64,000 nt of DNA from positions 45,322,001 to 45,386,000 of the forward strand of contig OX597828.1 of assembly GCA_951406725.2 (NCBI GenBank). The letters run 5' to 3'. This document shows positions 14,467-28,857 of the stretch, piece by piece. The stretch is from Octopus vulgaris (lineage: Eukaryota). Each line of letters opens with the position of its first letter. Position 1 is the first letter of the stretch. The notes under the pieces were generated by a model that saw nothing but the letters and a program-made list of their open reading frames with translations, made no database searches and was not told where the DNA came from. The translations under genes and the position numbers were made by a program.

Positions 14467-14497
<31 letters not shown>

Positions 14498-14734
14498 CAC
14501 CACCACCACCGAGGTTATCGTAGTAGCAGTCAACTGTAGTGGCTGTCGTTGTCGTTGTTGTTGTTGTTGTTGTAGTTGTTGTTGTGGTGGTGGTGGTGGT
14601 GGCAGTGTCCCTATGTTTAAACTGATCTTCTCCATCCATTTGTAGCCACAACTTTATATTGTTGTTACTGGTTACAATATTGATCATCTATTTATAAACC
14701 TACAGCACAAGTGGATACTACAGCCTCCTCATCC

Positions 14735-14770
<36 letters not shown>

Positions 14771-14825
14771 TTCTGTATTTTTCTCTCTCTCTCTCTCTTT
14801 ATCTCTCCCTCTCTCTCTCTTTCTG

Positions 14826-14857
<32 letters not shown>

Positions 14858-14865
14858 TATGTATA

Positions 14866-14986
14866 TTTATTTTATTTTATTTTATTTTATCTAGTTTCAG
14901 CTCACGAGCTGTGGCCATGCTGGGGCACCGCCATTTGGTGTTGCGACATGATTTTACTTCACGAATGCTTTTTAGCAATTGCCATC

Positions 14987-14989
<3 letters not shown>
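14866..14989 (-). mobile_element. Extreme 3' end of a CR1-group LINE related to 31660-34410, (TAAAA)n tail
   Basis: Reverse complement aligns with 34288-34386 (GCAACACCAAATGGCGGTGCCCCAGCATGGCCACAGCTC..AGCTGAAACTAG). Confidence 0.9.
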
Positions 14990-15027
<38 letters not shown>

Positions 15028-15084
15028 CTTATACATACACATATGCAAACACACACACACACACATTCTCTCTATTTCTGTATT

Positions 15085-15145
<61 letters not shown>

Positions 15146-15227
15146 CTTTATCTCTCTCTCTATCTCTCTATCTCTGTGTATATGTATATATATATATATC
15201 CCTTACACATACACACTTGCAAACACA

Positions 15228-15262
<35 letters not shown>

Positions 15263-15349
15263 TCTCTCTATATGAGCGTGTGTTTGTGTATGCTTCTCTA
15301 TGATTTGTGGTAAGTCTCTGGCCTTCTCTCATTTTCTCACTCACTCTGT

Positions 15350-15845
15350 ACAGTGTGTGTGTGTGTGTGTGTAGTGTATTGTATGTGTGTGTGAGTGGTG
15401 TGCACGTGTACATGTGGTGTCTGTATGGTGTGAGGTTTGTATGTGTATGTGAGTGTGTGTGTGTGTGTGTATGTGTGTAGTTTGTAGTGTGTGTGCGTGT
15501 GAGTATGTATGTGTATGTGTTTGTATGTGTGATGTAGAGAGTGCATGTGTATGGTGTGAAGTGTGTGAAATGTGTATGTGTATGTGAAATGTGTGAGTGT
15601 ATATGTGTGTATGTGTGTGAAATGTGTGTGTATGTGAAATGTGTGTGTGTGTGTATATGTAATGTAGAGAGTGTATGTGTATGGTGTGAAATGTGTGTGT
15701 GTGTATGTGTAATGTAGAGAGTGTATGTGTATGGTGTGAAATGTGTGTGTGTGTATGTGAAGTGTGTGTGTGTATGTGCATGTGTAGTTCATAGTGTGAA
15801 TTGTGCATCTAGTACATAGTGCATACACATATATAGTGCATGTGT
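15350..15845. repeat. GT-rich minisatellite, about 50-bp unit
   Basis: Recurrent ATGTAGAGAGTGTATGTGTATGGTGTGAAATGTGTG. Confidence 0.85.
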
Positions 15846-16011
15846 GCAATGGCTGTGATAGCCTCCTCCTCTCTTGCACACATTCTCTCTCTACTCTTTC
15901 TCTCTAATGTACGGAGAATAGCTATATTGGTAGTATGGCATACAATGTGTCATGCATGCCATGTAAAGTTACAGTATGTAGCATGACCGTATGCATGTAA
16001 TGTGTATATGT

Positions 16012-16338
16012 GTGAGGGCGCGTGGCTTAGTGGTTAGGGCATTCGGCTCATGATCGTAAGGTTGTGAGTTCGATTCCCGGCGACGCGTTGTGTCCTTGAG
16101 CAAGACACTTTATTTCACGTTGCTCCAGTCCACTCAGCTGGCAAAAATGAGTTGTACTTGTATTTCAAAGGGTCAGCCTTGTCACTCTCTGTGTCACGCT
16201 GAATCTCCCCGAGAACTACGTTAAGGGTACACGTGTCTGTGGAATGCTCAGCCATTTGCACGTTAATTTCACGAGCAAGCTGTTCCGTTGATCGTATCAG
16301 CTGGGACCCTCATCGTCGTAACCGGCGGAGTCTTTAGA
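16012..16338 (+). mobile_element. tRNA-derived SINE, head family C (CORE-like, OR2-like), 13-bp TSD
   Basis: A box TGGCTTAGTGG, B box GTTCGATTCC, GTGTCCTTGAGCAAGACACTT; TSD AATGTGTATATGT at 15999-16011 and 16339-16351. Confidence 0.93.
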
Positions 16339-16559
16339 AATGTGTATATGTAATGTATGATGTGTGTAATCTTATGTGTGTACTGTGTGTGCCTGGTGTT
16401 GTTGCTTGGATTGTCGGGGGTGGGGTTCAGAAAGCATTTCTATATTATTTTTTACAAAATTTATTTAATTATGGTTTGTTTTTTTTTTCTTTTGTGGTTT
16501 GATTAATCCTGGATCAAATCATGAAATTTTCACAATATTTTACCAGCAAAATTTCATAT

Positions 16560-17345
16560 TGTCAAGTAAAACAAATCATAAAAACTACAAGTCAACCTGT
16601 CAATTCAACAAGCTATGCAATTGTCAAACCATCAAACAAACAATCGAAGTAAGAAACTGTCAAACTATGAAATTCTCAAAAAAATCGAACTGCTCAGGGA
16701 CCAAAGCAACAGTCTTATAAATCATCAAACTATGAAATCAAACTGACAAACAAGCTATGAAATTATCAAACCAAGCAATCAAACAATCAAACCAACAAAC
16801 TATTAGATCATAAAACCCTTAAACCTAAAAGACAATCATCAAACAGTTAAACCACCCATCCAAGAAACACTCGAATTTGACAAACCATGAAATTATTAAT
16901 AGATAAAACCATCAAATACCAAACCATTAAACCATCAAGCCTTTAGACCATCAAACAAATAAGCTACCAAAATATTAAACCACAAAGCCATCAAACTGCC
17001 AAGATATCAAAAGCAATCAAACAATCAAACTACAAAACCAATAAAGTATCAGATCATAAAACCATTAAACCTAAAAGACAATCAAACTATGAAATCATCA
17101 AACAGTTAAACCACCCGTCCAACAAACACTCAAATTATGAAATCATGAAATCATCAAACCGACAAACTATGAGATCATTAAACAATCAAACCATCAAATA
17201 CCAAACCATTAAATCGTCGAGCCTTTAGACCATCACACAAATAAGCTACCAAAATATTGAATCACAAAGCCATCAAACTGACAAGCTATCAAACCATCTA
17301 GTCATTAAACCACCAAATATCAAACTATTAAATCTACAAACCTGC
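16560..17345. repeat. Degenerate (AAACCATC)-like 8-mer array with an approx. 240-280 bp tandem duplication
   Basis: 16774-17011 is repeated with indels at 17012-17293. Confidence 0.85.
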
Positions 17346-17640
17346 AAATTATTAGATGATATTTGAAAGACTCTGATGGAGCAATTAGAAGAATAACAAC
17401 TAGATAATGGTTTAAAATATTCTTTCTAGAACATGAAGGATGGAGTCTATGCTGAGCTTTCACACAGTTTCCTTCTAAAGAATTTCAGTATGAAGCTTTG
17501 GTCAAACTGTGCCTGACAAACAGTGAAACTGAACCCCAAACTATGTAGCTGCCTATGTGTGACATCTTTTATATTGCTTTGCTTTATTGCCGAGTCACAA
17601 TACAGGGTAGTGTCCCTTAGGGTTTTATAGGGTCTGTAGC

Positions 17641-18172
17641 CCTCTGTCGGTTGCACCAACGAGGGTTCCAGTTATTCTGATCAGCAGAACAACCTACTCG
17701 TGAAATTAACATGCAAGTGGCAGAGCATGCCATAGACACACGTACCCTGAATTTAGTTTTCAGGGTGATTCTGCATGATGAGGAACATAACAAAGCTGGT
17801 CCTTTGAATTACAACTCTGAGTGAACTGGAGCTATGTGAAATAAAGTGCCCTGCTCAAGGATACAATGACCTTACGATGATGGTTTCAGTTGATCTGATC
17901 AATGGAACAGCCTGCTTGTGAAGTTAACATGTAGGTGATTGAAGCATTCCACTGACACATGTACCCTTAACGTAGTTTCCATGGAGATTCAGTGTGACAC
18001 AGAATGTGACAAAGTTGACCCTTGGAATTGCAGGTACAATTCATTTTTGCTAGCTGAGTGGACTGGAGCAACAGGAAATAAAGTGTCTTGCTCAAGGACA
18101 CAATACATTGCTAGGGATTGAACTCATGACCTTACAATTGTGAGCCAAATACTCTAACCTCTAAGCGAAGCA
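17641..18172 (-). mobile_element. Two adjacent old SINE family C copies
   Basis: Two successive reverse-complement matches to 16012-16338. Confidence 0.8.
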
Positions 18173-18610
18173 CTAAGTAAGACCCTATAAAATATGAAAG
18201 AGATATGGGAGAAGGTTAGAAGTTTGGCTCGGAATGAGGGCTGACTGACCCAAATGCTTTCAGTGGAGTGGTCATTGAAAAGACTCGCATGGACCAAAAG
18301 GTGGTGCTCAGCTAGGCAATGGATTAAATCTGTGAGTTAAATAAGCCACAACTGAATTTGAACTCAGAATGCAAAGTGCTGAAACATACATTGTACTACA
18401 TCCTGTCAAATGCTCTAAAATTCAACTGGCCTAAACTATGTTTCATTGGTCTTTTCTGGTTTAATCTCTGAACTGCATGACTTATTGTTTATGTGGGTCA
18501 TCTGCTAACAGTCACTATTGTCCAAGGAGTGCCAATGCAAAGTCATACAATGATAAATAAACTCACACATACATGTATATGTGTGTGTGTTTGTAAATAC
18601 ATATAGATGA

Positions 18611-18982
18611 TGGAAGCACTCTGTCGGTTACGACGATGAGGGTTCCGGTTGATCCGATCAACGGAACAGCCTGCTCGTGAAATTAACGTGTAAGTGGCTG
18701 AGCACTCCACAGACACATGTACCCTTAACGTAGTTCTCGCGTGACACAGAGAGTGACAAGGCCGGCCCTTTGAAATACAGGTACAACTGAAACAGGAAGT
18801 AAGAGTGAGAGAAAGTTGTGGTGAAAGAGTACAGCAGGGACCACCACCATCCCTGCCGGAGCCTCGTGAAGCTTTAGGTGTTTTCGCTCAATAAACACTC
18901 ACAACGCCCAGTCTGGGAATCGAAACCGCGGTCCTACGACCGCGAGTCCGCTGCCCTAACCACTGGGCCATTGCGCCTCCAC
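18611..18982 (-). mobile_element. SINE head family B, full length, 11-bp TSD
   Basis: Near-identical reverse complement of 30058-30445; TSD TACATATAGAT at 18598-18608 and 18983-18993. Confidence 0.95.
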
Positions 18983-19409
18983 TACATATAGATACAGATA
19001 AATAGATTCATTGATAGAAAGATAGATGATAGGAAATGGGGATGAACAATATTCTATATTTAAAACCACTACATAATTGTATATATAAAGTATAGCAGGA
19101 GTATTCCACTCATAAGATGGATACCTCTTATGAGTATTCCACTCTGTGATGACATCAAGTTGGCAATAACAATGGACAAGCTTCGCCTAACATTCCACAA
19201 GGTTTTACCTGCATCTTTTTCAACTATATACATATACATACATATGTACGTACATACATAGATTCATACGTACATACATACATTCACACATACATTGAAA
19301 TGTTAAAGACTTTTTCACTTCCCGAGCGTTATAATAATACATCTGTTTATTGTCTACACCACCTGTCTTCATCTTTTGTTTCTTTGTGAATTCTTCCCCT
19401 ATGTATACA

Positions 19410-19725
19410 CTTACTCTTTTACTCTTTTACTTGTTTCAGCCATTTGACTGTGGTCATTTGACTGTAAACACACCAGCATCGGTCGTCAAGCGATGTTGGA
19501 GGGACAAACACAGACACACAAACATACATACACACATACATATATATATATACATATATACGACGGGCTTCTTTCAGTTTCCATCTGCCAAATTCACTCA
19601 CAAGGCTTTGGTTGGCCCGAGGCTATAGTAGAAGAGACTTGCCAAAGATGCCACACAGTGAGATTGAACCCGGAACTATGTGGTTCACAAGCAAGCTACT
19701 TACCACACAGCCACTCCTACACCTA
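19410..19725 (-). mobile_element. SINE family A with internal deletion
   Basis: Matches family A; about 120 bp lost between CATTTGACTGT repeats. Confidence 0.88.
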
Positions 19726-20229
19726 TATATATATAGAGATATATATATATAAGTAAATAAATGGAGTTGAACGCAGGTGTTATTCAAATTCTTTTACTTT
19801 CAACATATGTTTCAAAGACAACATTCATCAAAATTGTTATAATGTCTTGTTGTTGAGATAGGTTCTCTTTCTTTCCTGATGAGAAGATTACATTATTTTA
19901 CACTGTTTATTCCTTTGGAATATAACCAATGTTGGCTTCGACTCCATTTATTTACTTATACTATACAAATTACTGCACATTAACCCGGAGTTTCTTACTT
20001 AGAATAGGTCGCTATATCCTTGTTACTTGCATGAATTTTGCTACCCTGGTAACTGTTTATTGAATTTTCCATGTTAACGGTAAACAAAGGATAATTCATT
20101 CATCCCTTTACATATACTTCAACAGATTATATATATATGTATACATATATATATATTTTTCTTTCAGCTGTTTATTCTTGCTATTTGTGTAGAGTCGCTC
20201 AAACTTTTATAAAGGAGCGGGTTACACCG

Positions 20230-20380
20230 GAGTAAACACATAAATGTGAAACAAGGTGGAAAAGAAGAGTACTCAAATACCAGTGGTAGAGTAATATGCT
20301 TTATTTAAAGCAGCAGAAAATTCTACAAAACCTGTTAATCTGAGTTTCACGTTGCCGTTCATCGGACAGTTTTTGCTAGA
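20230..20380 (-). mobile_element. Penelope-like pseudo-LTR fragment with hammerhead motif (20332-20369)
   Basis: Minus strand CTGT CCGATGA ACG gcaa CGT GAAA CTCAGAT TA ACAG. Confidence 0.65.
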
Positions 20381-20466
<86 letters not shown>

Positions 20467-21026
20467 CCAGCAACATTCTTTTGTATGTTCTTGATTTTCC
20501 ATAAGGATAAAACATGTATATCTGAATTTTGTTATCTGCTGTTTCCTTCATCAAGTCTTCTGTAATAATAATAATTCCTGTTGTATAAGTTTTGCACTGA
20601 GGAGAACAGTGATATGTAATTAATTTAATTTAATTAAATTAATTTTAATTATTCTACCATGTTACTACATGTTAATATCGCTGTTCGAAACAATTGTATG
20701 CATCTATTAAAATTCTTTTACATTTCAACTTCTCTTCCCCATTTTTTAACATACTCGTTGAGTTTCTTTGGGATACGTTACCATGTATTCTCACAACACA
20801 CCATATGTATGTAATAGTAATTTCATATTTGCAAAAATCTTGCCCCAGTAAGCTACCAGCAAAATATGAAGAATCTTTATTTGAAATCACCCTTTGGATG
20901 AAATAAAATTCAACCTCTCCACACACACACACCCACACACACACACATCAATCTCTTTCTCTCTCTGTATATATATATATATATGTATATATATGGCTTG
21001 GATTTTAGCTGTTCCTTCTAGCATGC

Positions 21027-21199
21027 AACTAAGGAACATGCACAACTGGTTATGGTCAAACAACTGACAAACTAATCTGTGGTATTGAGCAGAATATTTG
21101 CTGTAGCCCATCTTTTTTACCAAGACGAAACAATGTACATGATAACACTTCCAATCAGTTAAGATCAGAAGCCACGAGAGCCACTGCCTAGTACTGCAT
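21027..21199 (-). mobile_element. Fragment of unclassified (TAA)n-associated element X
   Basis: Overlaps in sequence with 28934-29050 and 22005-22059. Confidence 0.8.
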
Positions 21200-21592
21200 A
21201 TTGTCTTTGCACAGCTTCTAACACTGGAGATGTACTAAGGTGTCAGCTGTTCATTACTAGTGAACTAAGGTAACACCCCTAATTTTTCAAGCACCTTCCT
21301 GAGTATTCAAGCAGTTCAATCTAAGCAGTATTGTTTTCTGCAAGTAATCCACCCTTATTGCAGCCCCTATTTCTTCCATGTACTTCTCAAGACTTTTACT
21401 CACTGTTCCCAGGGCTCTGATAATTATTGGTTCTACTACCACCTTTTTCAGTGACCACAACTGCTTAACCTCCCAAGCTAACCTGTCATATCTATCAACT
21501 TTCTTTCCTTCCTTAACGCGTACCTTGTTATCAGTTGGGCATGCTATATCTATGATCCAGCATCATTTACTTTCTTTCTCAATTAACACTAT
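21200..21592 (-). pseudogene. R4/Dong-clade non-LTR retrotransposon, restriction-like endonuclease C-terminus plus 3' UTR
   Basis: Minus strand IVLIEKESK*CWIIDIACPTDNKVRVKEGKKVDRYDRLAWEVKQLWSLKKVVVEPIIIRALGTV..LQKT; adjacent to a (TTA)n tract. Confidence 0.85.
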
Positions 21593-21637
21593 ATTATTAT
21601 TACAATTATTATCATCATCATCATTATTATTATTATT

Positions 21638-22059
21638 GAGTGAGAGAGCAGTTCATGCCATCAAAGTGACACTGGGGTAAAATATATGAAGCCCAGTATA
21701 CCCATTATGACTACCCATCTGATAAGGGTACACCAGGCACATGCATCACAACCATATGTGCGCGACATGGTGATCTCATATCAAGATAAACAGCACATGA
21801 CCTTGCAGGTGGGGTCCTTTTCTTCAGGTTGAGTAGCCCATCCCGCTCAAAAGGTTCCTGAATAAGGGTTGTTTAAGGATGCTGAAAGAACCACCCATGT
21901 TTCCAGAGGTGAATTATTCAAACCACAAAGAATCCCTCTCAACACATGGCTATGATGCTCCCCCACTACTTCTGCTCGTGATGAGAGATGCACATATCGT
22001 CAGCCACTAAGGGACATGCTCAACTGGTTAAGGTCAAACAACTGACAAGCAAATCTGTG
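21638..22059 (-). mobile_element. Element X, flanked by (TTA)n on both sides
   Basis: Close reverse complement of 29000-29430. Confidence 0.9.
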
Positions 22060-22090
22060 TATTATTATTATTATTAATATTATCATTATA

Positions 22091-22128
<38 letters not shown>

Positions 22129-22160
22129 AATTATCATCATCATCATCATCATCATCATTA

Positions 22161-22408
22161 TTCTGCAAGTTGGCAGAATCATTAGCAAGCCGGGCGAAGT
22201 GCTTAACGATATTTTGTCTGCCGCTACATCCTGAGTTCAAATTCTGGAAAGGTCGACTTTCCCTTTCATCCTTCTTGGGTCAAGTACCAGTTAGACACTG
22301 GGGTCGATGTAATCGACTTAATCCCTTCCCCTAAATTTGAGGCCCTGTGCTCCTGGCAGAAAGGATTATCATTCATTATTATTATTATTTTCATTATTAT
22401 TGTTGTTG

Positions 22409-22490
<82 letters not shown>

Positions 22491-22750
22491 CAAGGTGGTG
22501 GGCTGGCAGAATCGTTAGCATGCTGGGTGAAATGTTTAGTGGTATTTCATCTGCTGCTATGTTCTGAGTTCAAATTCCGCCGAGGTTGACTTTGCCTTTC
22601 ATTCTTTTTGGGGGGGTCGATCAATTAAGTACCAGTTAAGTACTGGAGGGGGAGTCGATAAATTAAGAACCAGTTAAGTACTGGGGGTCGATGTAATCGA
22701 CTTAATCCCTTCCCCAAAAATTCCAGGCTTTGTGCCTTTAATAGAAAGGA

Positions 22751-22809
<59 letters not shown>

Positions 22810-22840
22810 TAAGGAGGCAAGCTGGCGGAATCGTTACCAG
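22161..22840 (+). mobile_element. Three tandem SINE family D copies separated by (ATT)n
   Basis: GGCAGAATCGTTAGC heads near 22170, 22503 and 22822; tails GTGCC..AGAAAGGATT-(ATT)n. Confidence 0.88.
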
Positions 22841-22969
22841 CACACATTACAATCAACTATGGAAACCACTGAACTGTGAAGCAATGCAGTTGTTATGACT
22901 TAGCACTCTACCATTAATATAATACCACCAGAATTAAACTATAAGCCAGCTCAGAAAACCATTCACTTT

Positions 22970-25065
<2,096 letters not shown>

Positions 25066-25149
25066 TAATATTGATTAGCTGCAATGCAAAAATGAAAGCT
25101 GATCAGTATTTCTAAATATAGTAACATTGTCAAATTCATTGCCACATTT

Positions 25150-25339
25150 ATTTATAGCTCGTTTCGCCAGCATCCTTACTGGGTAGCACAACTACTACCT
25201 TCCTTGGTCTGGTCTGGGATTGTCTCTGTCTCTCTCTGTAGAGTATACACCCTGTAGTATGTGCGTGAGTGTGGTGTATGTGAGTATAGTATGGCTAACT
25301 GATATACACCTTCTATGCATGAATATAGCATGGCTAGTT

Positions 25340-25408
<69 letters not shown>

Positions 25409-25515
25409 AAGGGTAAATAATTTTTTCGAGAAAATGGAAATAAACAGTTTCTGACTGCTATTTCTAATTCTTTCGTATGGGCAGAGGAACCTGTTGCCTG
25501 CCCCTTTTACTTATA

Positions 25516-25560
<45 letters not shown>

Positions 25561-25671
25561 TAAAGGGTAAATAATTTTTTCGAGAAAATGGAAATAAACA
25601 GTTTCTGACTGCTATTTCTAATTCTTTCGGTATGCGGCAGAGGAACCTGTTGCCTGCCCCTTTTACTTATA

Positions 25672-25726
<55 letters not shown>

Positions 25727-25800
25727 GTATATATCCTTATTGGATAATGTAACTACTACCTCCCTTGGTCTGGGATCCCTTCTCTCTCCCTGTCTCCCTC

Positions 25801-25845
<45 letters not shown>

Positions 25846-26580
25846 CTCTACTTAATATATACCCTGTTTGTGTGCATATAGCATAGCTAGTTTCTATATA
25901 TCCTTAACACCTCTCTTGGTCTGAGATTCTCTCTCTTTCTCTCTCTCGCTCTCTTTGTATATAGCATGGCTAGTTAGTATACCTCCTCTGTGTGAGTATA
26001 TAATATGACTAGTTAGTATACACCCTCTGTGAGTGTATGTGGTATGGCTAGTTAATATACACCTTCTGCATACTACATACACACCCTCTGTGTGTGTATA
26101 TAGTAAGGCCAGTTAATAAACACTTTCTGTGTATACACCCTCTGTGTGTGTATATAATAAGGCTAGTTAATAAACATCTGCGCATATACCCTCTGTGTGT
26201 GTATATAATATGGCTAGTTAATATATACCTTCTCTATATACACTCTCTGTGTGTATATGTATAGCATAGCTAGTTGATATACCCCTTCTGTGAGTGTATA
26301 TAACATCACTTGTTAGTATACACCCTCTGTATGTATATTTTATAGGATGACTAATTAATATATACCTTCTGTGTGTGTATACAATATGGCTAGTTAGTAC
26401 ACATCCTATGTATGTATGTATATAAATAGCATGGCTAGTTAGTATACATCCTCTGTGTGCCTATACAGAATGGTTAGTTTGTATACACCTACTGTATATG
26501 CTCCTACTGTATCACTATTTGGATAACACAATATTTCCTAACTTGGTCTGGGACACTCTCTATCACTTTCCCTCCTTAGC

Positions 26581-26611
<31 letters not shown>

Positions 26612-26830
26612 ATGACTAGTTAGTATACATGCTGTGTGAGTGTATTTAGCATGGCTAGTTATTATTTAACCAAACTGGATGTACAGTCTGTGTATGTGTG
26701 TGTATGTGTGTATAGCATGGTTAGCTTGTGTGCAGCCTTATTGGAGACACACTCTTTGCGTATATAAGTCTATAGCAACTAACTCGATATACTCAGTGTG
26801 TGCGTCGCAAGGCTGGTTATCTTACATATT
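25150..26830. repeat. Degenerate minisatellite, about 40-bp unit ATAGCATGGCTAGTTAGTATACACCCTCTGTGTGTGT
   Basis: More than 15 recognisable units, densest at 25950-26720. Confidence 0.88.
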
Positions 26831-26844
26831 TATCGAATACAAAT

Positions 26845-27062
26845 TCTTATTTCTTTATAGCCTACAAGGAGCTAAACATAGAGGGGACAAACAAGGGGAT
26901 TAAGTTGATTACATCGACCCCAGTGCGTAACAGGTACTTAATTTATCGACCCCAAAAGGATGAAAGGCAAAGTCGACCCTCGGCGGAATTTGAACCCAGA
27001 ACGTAACGGCAGATGAAATACCGCTAAGCATTTCGCCCAGCGTGCTAACGATTCTGCTAACG
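26845..27062 (-). mobile_element. SINE family D
   Basis: Matches 35660-35894. Confidence 0.9.
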
Positions 27063-27516
27063 TTATCGGATATAAATTCTTTGTTACCAACACTGCCGCC
27101 AACATTACTACCATCTCCACCACCACCATCATTACAACTTCTATGCATAGCCATGTACATACAGTTCCACCACCACCACCACCACCACCACCATTGCTAT
27201 CACCAGCAACACCACTACCATCACCACCATCACAACTACTACCAATAATAAATATATATATATATCTTTACTAGACGTCCTTAGTCTGTATATAAAGCAT
27301 AGCTAGTTTAGAAGTACATTGTGTGAGAGTGTATGTATGTATATATATGTGTGTGTATATATATATATATATATAGTGCTTTGACATTGTGAGACTAATA
27401 GCCTGATGTAGAACTCAATATACACATAGATCAGAAAGATGTCTTAGTCAAGTACAGAGCAGTAATAAGAAAATAAGAGACAAAGGAATAAATGTTTATC
27501 ATAAATGTAGTTCATA

Positions 27517-27940
27517 ACTCTCTTTTCACTCTTTTACTTGTTTCAGTCATTTGACTGCGGCCATGCTGTAGCACCGCCTTTAATCGAGCAACTCGACCCC
27601 GGGACTTATTCTTTTGTAATCCCAGTACTTATTCTATCGGTCTCTTTTGCCGAACCGCTAAGTAATGGGGACATAAACACACCAGCATCGGTTGTCAAGC
27701 AATGCTAGGTGGACAAACACAGACACACAGACATATACACACACACATATATATATATATATATACATATATACGACAGGCTTCTTTTCAGTTTCCGTCT
27801 ACCAAATCCACTAACAAGGCTTTGGTCGGCCCCAAGGCTATAGTAGAAGACACTTGCCCAAGGTGCCACACAGTGGAACTGAACCCAGAACCATGTGGTT
27901 GGTAAACAAGCTACTTACCACACAGCCACTCCCGTGCCTA
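27517..27940 (-). mobile_element. SINE family A, full length
   Basis: Matches family A. Confidence 0.93.
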
Positions 27941-28252
27941 TATCATAAGATAATCATTTATTTCTTTGTCATCTCATTTACTTATATATATATATATACG
28001 CACATAAGGGATGTGGAAAGTTCCTAGCTTTAAGGGTATCGCAAAAGGCTTGGTTGGAGACCCAAACTTCCGAGTTCCTTTACAAGGCTTAGAAAAAAAT
28101 CAAGGACTGCTGCAATGAGTGTGTGAATCTCAGAGTGGATTATCATGAATAAAATCATAATTATTAGATCATCCTGTATTTCTTCCACACACACACACAC
28201 ACACACACACATACATACACACACACACACGCGCACAAACACACACACACAA

Positions 28253-28293
<41 letters not shown>

Positions 28294-28321
28294 TAAATGT
28301 GTGTTGTATTATATATTTTTT

Positions 28322-28689
28322 CGACTCTGTCAGTCACGAATGACTATGGTTGCAACTAAGAGGTTTCCCTCCAGGGTACAAGCCAGGGTGGAAAGTTGCC
28401 TCACCAGCGAACACACAACCTAGGGTTGCTTTCATGGAAGACCAGCAGTAACCCATGCATAACGGCCTCCCCTTTCCATGCCACCAATGTTATCCAAGGG
28501 AAAGGCAAAGGGGCCGATACAGTTTGGCACCTATGATGTTGCAACTCATTTCTACAGCTGAGTGAAGTCAAGCAACATGAAGTAAAGTGTCTTGCTCAAG
28601 AACACAACATGCAGCCTGGCCTGGGAATAGAACTCACAACCTTGCAATCGTATGCTCAATGCTCTAACCACTGAGTCATGCGCCTTCAC
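28322..28689 (-). mobile_element. SINE head family C with alternative tail
   Basis: CORE-like head; tail (GCCAAACTGTATCGGCC..CCCTTGGATAACATTG..CTGGTCTTCCAT) shared with 56760-57250. Confidence 0.85.
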
Positions 28690-28719
28690 TATATATGTAT
28701 TATATATAATATAATTACA

Positions 28720-28796
28720 GTTCTATATGGCATAGTGGTTAAGAGTGCAGGCTACTAACCCCAAGATTCTGAGTTTGATTCCAGGCAGTGACCTGG

Positions 28797-28857
<61 letters not shown>

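Noticed and set aside
16012-16085. tRNA gene-like sequences (also at 477, 2852, 28720, 30058)
   Set aside because: A/B boxes are present but there is no complete cloverleaf acceptor stem, and they continue into SINE bodies, several with TSDs.
25950-26720. CRISPR-like repeat/spacer periodicity
   Set aside because: The spacers are homologous to each other, the context is eukaryotic and there are no cas genes; it is a minisatellite.
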